In this document: positions 14,207-20,000 of the stretch, piece after piece
Position numbering within the stretch: position 1 is the stretch's first letter
How the letters are laid out: every line of letters begins with the position of its first letter
Virus record (IMG/VR): IMGVR_UViG_3300009514_001431
Length of the DNA stretch: 20,000 bases
Reading direction: 5' to 3' (one strand)
Source of the DNA: an uncultured virus (IMG/VR IMGVR_UViG_3300009514_001431)
Taxonomy: Duplodnaviria > Heunggongvirae > Uroviricota > Caudoviricetes
Notes under the pieces: model-generated
What the model was told of the DNA's origin: nothing
The model's input: only the letters and a program-made list of their open reading frames with translations
Databases searched by the model: none
Position numbers and translations under genes: made by a program

Positions 14207-16417
14207 ATGTCTCTATTTCCGAACCGCTACGCTGGCACCTGCATCACCTGTAGCACCAAAGTCCCGGCCCAAGAGGGCTTCGCATTCAAGCAGAACGGCC
14301 GTTGGGTCGTCTCCCACAACTCCGACAAGTGCGTTCCCGCTGCAAAGGTCGCGGACGTGAAGGCGAAAAACGAGGACGCCGATCGCAAGGAGCTTACCGT
14401 CGAGGGAGAGCTTTACTACCCGTACAATCCCGAGGCGCTGCCGCTGCTTCGCTCCCTCCCCGGAGGCCGGTGGAACGCCGACAAGAAATGCCGCACCGTG
14501 AGCCTGGACGCGCAGGATCGGATGCGGCTTCTGGAGATCTGCGACAAGCTCAGCGTCACGGTTCCCGACTCCCTCCGTGAAATTCCAACCGACGATGCGT
14601 TGGAGGCCGCTCGTGAGCGAGCCCTGGCCGCGCGGTTCGTGGACAAGGAGGGCACCGAGCACAAGCTCTACCCGTTCCAGGTCACGGGCGTCGAATTCCT
14701 TGCCATTCGGGAGCGAGCGATTCTCGGCGACGACATGGGCCTCGGCAAGACGGTCATGGCGTTGCTCGCCATCGACTCCGATTTCGGCACCGTCGTCGTG
14801 TGCCCCTCGGCGGTCAAGCTGAATTGGGCTGCGGAGATCAAGCGCTGGCGGCCGGACCTGACCCCCGTGGTCTGCAAGGGTCGCAAGGGCAAGGCCGCAT
14901 TTCGCCTCCCCGCCGCTGGCGAGGTCGTGATCGTCAACTACGAGATCCTTCCGACCTGGCTCAACCCGGTCGAGGTCGGCACCACGGAGCGCGGTTACAA
15001 GATCATGGCCGCCGACCTCACGCCCGAGCAGCGCGAGGCTCTGATGAACACCATCGTCATTGAGGATGAAGCGCACCGAGGCAAGAACTACCGCACGGCG
15101 CTCCACAAGCGAGTCCGCGAGCTTGGCCGCGTCGCATACAAGACCTGGCTGCTCACCGCGACCCCGCTGCTCTCGCGCCCCACGGACCTCTACGGAGTGC
15201 TCCAGATGGGCCTGATGGACCGGGAGGTTTTCGGTGGGTGGAAGGGCTTTGTCCGCTGCTTCCAAGGCGCCAAGGCCGGGTACGGCGGCTCCTACATTTG
15301 GGGCGAGCCGCTTCCCGAGGTTCCCGAGCGTATGCGTCGCGTCATGCTTCGCCGCATGAAAGACGACGTGCTCAAGGATCTTCCGGCCAAGACCTACACG
15401 CTGGCAACCATCGAAGGCGACGCCAAGGTTCGCAAGATGGCCGACGACCTCTGGACCGAGTTTGGCGGAATGCTGGAGGCGGGGATGCTCCCGCCCTTTG
15501 AGAAGATCAGCGAGTGCCGAGCCAAGCTCTCCGCATCCCGCATCCCCGCGATGCTCTCCATCGTGGAAGACGCCGAGGAATGTGGCAAGCCGCTGGTCGT
15601 GTTCTCGGCCTACAAGGCTCCGATCAACGCGCTCGCCGAACGCGAAGGTTGGCGCGTGATCACGGGCGACGTGTCCGCAGACGAGCGCCAGGAGATTGTC
15701 GAGGAATTCCAGGCGGGCAAGCTCAAGGGTGTCGGCCTCACCATCGCCGCTGGCGGTGTTGGCCTCACGCTCACGCACGCAAGCAACGTCCTTTTCGTGG
15801 ATCTCGACTGGACACCCGCCCTCAACTGGCAGGCCGAGGATCGGGTCCGACGCATCGGGCAGAAGGCCGCGTCGATCCAAATCATTCGCATGGTCACGGA
15901 CCACCCGCTCGACCTTCGCGTTCACGAGCTTTTGGATCAGAAGATCAAGCTGGTGCAGGGCGCCATCGAGAATCGGGTCGCGGCTCCGCAGAACGTCAGC
16001 GGAGACAAGATCGAGATCAAGACGGAAACGCAGGAGAGCTTTGACGCTCGCACGGCGGCGGTTCGTGAGGCGGCCGAGGCGGCCGAGCGCGCGGCTCAGG
16101 AGCGCGTGCTGGAGAACATCCGGGGCCGCGTCTCAGGCGAGTGGCTGGCCGGTGAGCGCGGCAAGGCGAAGCGCAAAGAGGTTCCCCTGACCGCCGACCG
16201 CGTGACGATGATTCACGAGGCCCTGGACTACATGCTCGGCCTTTGCGACGGTGCCGTAGTGAAAGACGACGCCGGGTTCAACAAGCCCGATGCCGGCCGT
16301 GCTCGGATGCTTCGCTTGACCGGGCTCGACACCGAGGACGCTCAGCGGGTCGCAGAGCGTATGCTGTCCCGCTACTACCGGCAGCTTCACGAGCGCTACC
16401 CGGCCCTGTTCGCGTAA
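14207..16417 (+). CDS. SNF2-family (SMARCAL1/HARP-like) DEAH helicase/translocase (736 aa)
   Basis: Start reassigned to ATG 14207 after GGAGG. N-terminal CxxC...H...C zinc-ribbon-like segment, then a HARP-like segment (YPYNPEALPLLRSLPGGRWNADKK). Motifs LYPFQ, GDDMGLGKT, VVCP, DEAH, TATP, MLRR.K.DVL.DLP, GGVGLTL, WTP...QAEDRVRRIGQ. C-terminal CDGA...GFNKPD...RYYRQL domain. Confidence 0.93.
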   Translation: MSLFPNRYAGTCITCSTKVPAQEGFAFKQNGRWVVSHNSDKCVPAAKVADVKAKNEDADRKELTVEGELYYPYNPEALPLLRSLPGGRWNADKKCRTVSLDAQDRMRLLEICDKLSVTVPDSLREIPTDDALEAARERALAARFVDKEGTEHKLYPFQVTGVEFLAIRERAILGDDMGLGKTVMALLAIDSDFGTVVVCPSAVKLNWAAEIKRWRPDLTPVVCKGRKGKAAFRLPAAGEVVIVNYEILPTWLNPVEVGTTERGYKIMAADLTPEQREALMNTIVIEDEAHRGKNYRTALHKRVRELGRVAYKTWLLTATPLLSRPTDLYGVLQMGLMDREVFGGWKGFVRCFQGAKAGYGGSYIWGEPLPEVPERMRRVMLRRMKDDVLKDLPAKTYTLATIEGDAKVRKMADDLWTEFGGMLEAGMLPPFEKISECRAKLSASRIPAMLSIVEDAEECGKPLVVFSAYKAPINALAEREGWRVITGDVSADERQEIVEEFQAGKLKGVGLTIAAGGVGLTLTHASNVLFVDLDWTPALNWQAEDRVRRIGQKAASIQIIRMVTDHPLDLRVHELLDQKIKLVQGAIENRVAAPQNVSGDKIEIKTETQESFDARTAAVREAAEAAERAAQERVLENIRGRVSGEWLAGERGKAKRKEVPLTADRVTMIHEALDYMLGLCDGAVVKDDAGFNKPDAGRARMLRLTGLDTEDAQRVAERMLSRYYRQLHERYPALFA

Positions 16418-16532
16418 TACGCGGGGTGAAGATCTCGGCGAGATCCCGATTTTCGGATCACCGAGCCCGAGTTTCGACCTACGAGCCCGTTCAGACGCTT
16501 CCCGCGTAGACGCGCATCTGTACGATGGTGTT

Positions 16533-16775
16533 GTGGATGCGTTCCGCGAAGCGACCGATCTGGTTACGCGCTGGCGGGAGCGGGCTTGGCTCGGCTCCGG
16601 CCACGGGCACATTCAGATCCATCACCTTGACCGCAACAAGCTGATCGAGATGATCGCGGACGCGCTCAGTCGCGCGGGGCTTTCGCAAACTGCGTCCGCG
16701 CCCACTGATCGGCAACACGAGCCGCTCGATCATGCCCCGCCTGCTTCATCAGATCCGAAAGGGTCTGGTACATGA
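16533..16775 (+). CDS. Possible small leaderless hypothetical protein (80 aa)
   Basis: TACGAT (16521-16526) lies 6 nt before GTG, with no SD. The first ~50 aa look protein-like, but the 3' end overlaps a convergent gene by 110 nt. Confidence 0.4.
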   Translation: MDAFREATDLVTRWRERAWLGSGHGHIQIHHLDRNKLIEMIADALSRAGLSQTASAPTDRQHEPLDHAPPASSDPKGSGT

Positions 16776-16851
16776 CGGCTCGGTAATCGCCAGGCGAGTC
16801 TGCGTGCTCAATGTCGAGGGCGAGCTTGCGGATCATGTCTTGGTCTTTCAT
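16666..16851 (-). CDS. Small hypothetical protein (61 aa)
   Basis: AAGGA RBS and ATGA overlap with the upstream gene. Confidence 0.65.
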   Translation of the reverse strand: MKDQDMIRKLALDIEHADSPGDYRAVMYQTLSDLMKQAGHDRAARVADQWARTQFAKAPRD

Positions 16852-17450
16852 GGCTTGTCCTTGTCGGGGGTCAGGAAATGTCGGACCTTCGCCTCAGAAT
16901 CTTCGGGGTCAGGGTCGAAATCCCCAAACGCCTTCTCAAATTCTTCGGTCGTGTTGAGCCGGATCTCGATTTGCTTGCCGAGCGGACACGCAGCTAGATC
17001 GGTACGCGCCTTCTCGTTGTGTAGGTGTAGACTCGTTTGCGACTCAGTGGGCCAGTCGTCGGCGCCACAGTTGTTGGCGGACATCACGTCGAACCAGGCG
17101 CACTCGGGACAGCGGGCCGAGGGCCACACGTAGTCCTCTCGGTTCACTCCGAGCAGCGCCTTGCGCTCCTGTTCCTGCTCGTCCGTGATGTCCTCGGTAG
17201 CCGCCTGGACCGTGCAGCCGTTGTCCTCACAGACGCCCGTGACGTGCTCAGCCTCGGCGTCGGTCAGGACAGCCTTGAGGATGTCGAGGCCACCGCGATA
17301 CGAGAGGATCGGGTTCCCTGGTACCTGGAGATTGAATGCCTTGCCGTCGCGGACAACGAACGTCCACACACGGCGCTCGGCTACATCGCCCGTGCGCCGT
17401 GAAAGCTCGTTCCTGCGAACGTCACCACTTTTTTCGCTTTCGCTCGCCAC
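16848..17450 (-). CDS. Hypothetical Cys-motif (metal-binding?) protein (up to 200 aa; start may be GTG 17369)
   Basis: CPECAWF...C...CPL motif plus CEDNGC. The longest start overlaps the upstream gene by 70 nt. Confidence 0.7.
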   Translation of the reverse strand: MASESEKSGDVRRNELSRRTGDVAERRVWTFVVRDGKAFNLQVPGNPILSYRGGLDILKAVLTDAEAEHVTGVCEDNGCTVQAATEDITDEQEQERKALLGVNREDYVWPSARCPECAWFDVMSANNCGADDWPTESQTSLHLHNEKARTDLAACPLGKQIEIRLNTTEEFEKAFGDFDPDPEDSEAKVRHFLTPDKDKP

Positions 17451-17740
17451 CGTGCCATCTCGTCCGCAGCCGTAGACCAGCCGAGGAACGAAACCACACT
17501 ACCGTCCGGCACGTCTTTTGGATCCGCACCGATCGTGAGGCGCCCTCCCTGGGGGAAACACAGCGTCTTGCCCGAGCAGGTCGTTCCGACAGGGTAGAGC
17601 CCGAAGCCCTCGTTGAAACAGACCTCACGAGCAGGGCTGCCTACGGGACAAGCGGTGAACACATGCTCACCGGACTCAATCACGTAATCGACCAGATGGG
17701 CCAGACTCGACAGGATGGTGAGCTTGTCTGCATCGGCCAT
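17381..17740 (-). CDS. Hypothetical protein (119 aa), probably leaderless
   Basis: TAAGAT lies 6 nt upstream of the ATG, with no SD. Four Cys. Confidence 0.65.
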   Translation of the reverse strand: MADADKLTILSSLAHLVDYVIESGEHVFTACPVGSPAREVCFNEGFGLYPVGTTCSGKTLCFPQGGRLTIGADPKDVPDGSVVSFLGWSTAADEMARWRAKAKKVVTFAGTSFHGARAM

Positions 17741-17761
17741 ACGAAGATCTTACGCCACAAC

Positions 17762-17783
17762 CATGCGTCAGATGTGACGCATG
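17762..17783. terminator. Perfect 9-bp stem-loop after gene 17800..18945
   Basis: CATGCGTCA-GATG-TGACGCATG, 16 nt past the stop. No strong U-tract, so it could instead be an operator overlapping the downstream promoter. Confidence 0.45.
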
Positions 17784-17799
17784 ACGTAAGTGCTTGAAA

Positions 17800-18945
17800 T
17801 CATTGAGTAGCGATCACCTGCGCCATCCAACCCACGCGCCGGTCCTGTACCGTATTCACGGGCCTCACCTGGAGCACGATCTTGCCCTCCCGACCCGCGA
17901 GCCGCTGATGGAGATGTTTCCCGATCACCTTGGCGGCCACGTCGATGGACGAGAAATTTGCCTGCGTGCCCTCTTTGCCACCATCGATCTGAGCGGCCCA
18001 CTCGGCCTCGGCGATAGGCGACACGCCTCTCGTCCACGCTGCCGTTTCCACGTCGTATCCGAGGGCTGACAGATCCTTTTCGATCAAGGATCCGATCACC
18101 GGCACGGCGGATTTCCGACCCTGTGTCGAGGCCAGGGTCTTGAACGCGTACCGTTGCTTGTCCTCGTCCGAGATGGTTGCGAGATTCGCTGGCTCGACCT
18201 TGCGGAGAGCAGGGGCCTTTCCGGCCTCGTATCCCTCGACGCCCACTCGACCCTCGGTGACTCGCGTGATCTCTTGCTTCACGTCGGCCTGCTTCACCAG
18301 TGCCCCGGCAGCGGAGTCCCACGCCTCGCGCTCTGGCTCAGAGGCAAGCTGCTTGTGCAGTGTCTCGACCTGGAGTGCCTTATCCGCCTGTGCGTCGTCA
18401 AGCTCCTGCCTGACCTCTTGGGCTGCCTGGTCGAGTTGAGCCCCGATAGCGACCGGAGAGCGGGCCGTCGTATCCACCGGCACGGCGGGCATAGCGTCGG
18501 GCGGCAGGCTTCCGGTTCGTAGTTCAGGAATGTCGTCGTCAAACTGCAACCGCTCGGCGATGGCGGCCTGCACGAGCGGGTGAAGCTGCGGCAACAAAGT
18601 GCCCTTCGGCCAGAACACCAGATCTTCCTCGGTCATGCCGAATTCGGAGATGGCGTCCTGGCGATCGGGCATTTTCTTGAGAGCCTGGACAGCCTCACGG
18701 GCCTCGGGCGTGTCCAAACTCTGTGCTCGGATGCTGTGAAATTCCTCGGCTGCGATCTTCTCGACCTGCTCAGCAAGCTCCGGGTTGGCCGTCACCATCT
18801 CCATGATCCGAGCCATGTGCTCAGCCTCGGACCCGGCAAGGATCTGCTCCGTGGCGACCAATTCGCCAAGCTCGGGTGATAGCTCTTTGATCCGTTCCGT
18901 CATGCGGCGGATCGCTTGTTGGAATTTGGGGTCGATGTCAGTCAC
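17800..18945 (-). CDS. Hypothetical protein, coiled-coil-rich (381 aa)
   Basis: Long intact ORF with a GTG start overlapping the upstream stop. Ala/Glu/Gln-rich helices and an alpha/beta C-terminal domain. Confidence 0.8.
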   Translation of the reverse strand: MTDIDPKFQQAIRRMTERIKELSPELGELVATEQILAGSEAEHMARIMEMVTANPELAEQVEKIAAEEFHSIRAQSLDTPEAREAVQALKKMPDRQDAISEFGMTEEDLVFWPKGTLLPQLHPLVQAAIAERLQFDDDIPELRTGSLPPDAMPAVPVDTTARSPVAIGAQLDQAAQEVRQELDDAQADKALQVETLHKQLASEPEREAWDSAAGALVKQADVKQEITRVTEGRVGVEGYEAGKAPALRKVEPANLATISDEDKQRYAFKTLASTQGRKSAVPVIGSLIEKDLSALGYDVETAAWTRGVSPIAEAEWAAQIDGGKEGTQANFSSIDVAAKVIGKHLHQRLAGREGKIVLQVRPVNTVQDRRVGWMAQVIATQ

Positions 18946-19138
18946 TTTCAGGCACCTTGAACGTAAGCGTGATGTGATCGGCAGGCTTCGGGGCGACGAA
19001 TTTTACCTTGGCAGTGATTCTCTCCCTGCTGATCTCCTTCACCTGACCCTCGACTTGCGTAGCGCCTCGGCTTCGGAGAAACCCGAGGTAGTTCCGAAGC
19101 CTCTCGATTGCCTCGTTTACAGTCCACCCGTCAGTCAT
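18938..19138 (-). CDS. Small hypothetical protein (66 aa)
   Basis: AAGGA RBS and 8-nt overlaps with both neighbours. Confidence 0.7.
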   Translation of the reverse strand: MTDGWTVNEAIERLRNYLGFLRSRGATQVEGQVKEISRERITAKVKFVAPKPADHITLTFKVPESD

Positions 19139-20000
19139 CGTCCTTGTCCTTCCCGAACTTGACCGTGTGGTGCGGCTTCACGACGTTCTCCTTCGGCTTG
19201 GGCGCCCAAGGGTCGGCAGAGGTGGGTGTCGGCGGCTCAGGGCCGTCCACCATGATTCCTCGGTTCGGCTGCGGCGTGTTGCCCATGAAACGTGGGTTCT
19301 GCGATTGCGGAGGCGGGGGTTGATCGGGCTTGGGTTGCGGGGGTGTCGGCGTTGGGGCTTGGGCTGCGGCAGGTGCCGTCTCGGGCTCGTTCTCGTCCGA
19401 CTCCTTCTCGGATTCGGGCTCGACCTGTTGAGGGGGCGGTTCGGGCTGCACGTCCACGCCCATACGCCTTGCCATCTCCCTGACGGCTCGATCCTTCTTG
19501 GCCTGATCCACAGTTTTCGGTGCGGCCGGGCTACTCGGGAGGGTGCCGGGGGTTCGGGGGTCTTCGATTCCACCATCGAGCTTGGGGAGCTTCGGCTTCT
19601 TGCCCTTCATCGCAGCCAAGGCCGCCATGGCGTCATCCACCCCGCTCGCGTCGGGGTTTACCACGTCCACCCCATCACTGCCGATCTTCACCGGCTCCCA
19701 ATCGCCTCGCTGGTCGGCGATCTCCAATCGCATCGCCTCTTGGAACATATCCTTGAAATTCATCTCATGGATGCGCATGTGCTCGGGCGTTTCAAGCGTG
19801 GAGAAGATCGGATGATTGAGCAAGTAGTCTGGCTGAGTTTCCATGCGATGCAGCCACGACGAGTCGGCATACCCGGCCCGCATACACTCCGGGTTCCGAC
19901 ACCGAGAGCAAAACATATTCTGGAATTGCTGCGGCGGCAGGTAGTGTTCCTGACCCTGCGGGTTGCACACCTGTAGGTGGTCCTCTGTCCGTTTACTCAT
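19131..20000 (-). CDS. Hypothetical protein with N-terminal Cys cluster and Pro-rich disordered C-terminus (289 aa)
   Basis: C...FCSRCRNPEC possible zinc site and a P/Q/E-rich tail. The ATG sits exactly at the window edge, so the true start could be further upstream. Confidence 0.75.
   Translation of the reverse strand: MSKRTEDHLQVCNPQGQEHYLPPQQFQNMFCSRCRNPECMRAGYADSSWLHRMETQPDYLLNHPIFSTLETPEHMRIHEMNFKDMFQEAMRLEIADQRGDWEPVKIGSDGVDVVNPDASGVDDAMAALAAMKGKKPKLPKLDGGIEDPRTPGTLPSSPAAPKTVDQAKKDRAVREMARRMGVDVQPEPPPQQVEPESEKESDENEPETAPAAAQAPTPTPPQPKPDQPPPPQSQNPRFMGNTPQPNRGIMVDGPEPPTPTSADPWAPKPKENVVKPHHTVKFGKDKDDD

Noticed and set aside
14213..15925. 570-aa minus-strand ORF
   Set aside because: Antisense shadow of the SNF2 helicase, which carries all the conserved motifs.
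19200..19560. Possible DNA repeat array or CRISPR in the G-rich region
   Set aside because: Low complexity reflects Pro-rich codons of the minus-strand gene, with no fixed-length repeat/spacer pattern.
1..20000. Stop-codon reassignment (alternative genetic code)
   Set aside because: Coding density is already near-complete under the standard code, and TAG, TGA and TAA all end genes at tight junctions.

Overview
GC-rich, very densely coding window that looks like part of a large tailed-bacteriophage genome. Most genes are on the minus strand and many have overlapping stop/start codons (TGATG, ATGA, GTGA). Left to right: two virion/tail-fibre-like genes (the first truncated by the window edge and missing from the ORF track); a three-gene operon containing an oversized 1362-aa UvrD/PcrA-family SF1A helicase; a tandem cold-shock-domain protein; a Rho-N/HeH-like small protein; a putative holin + lipoprotein + helical-protein cassette; several small hypotheticals; a CoaB-like ligase fused to a class II aldolase/adducin domain; a divergently transcribed plus-strand SNF2/HARP-like helicase; and further Cys-rich or Pro-rich hypotheticals. 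Two recurring upstream motifs are visible: CCTATAG-like and (G/C)GTAAGAT-like. No rRNA, tRNA, CRISPR array, integrase or transposase was recognised. All family calls come from motif recognition by eye, with no database search.
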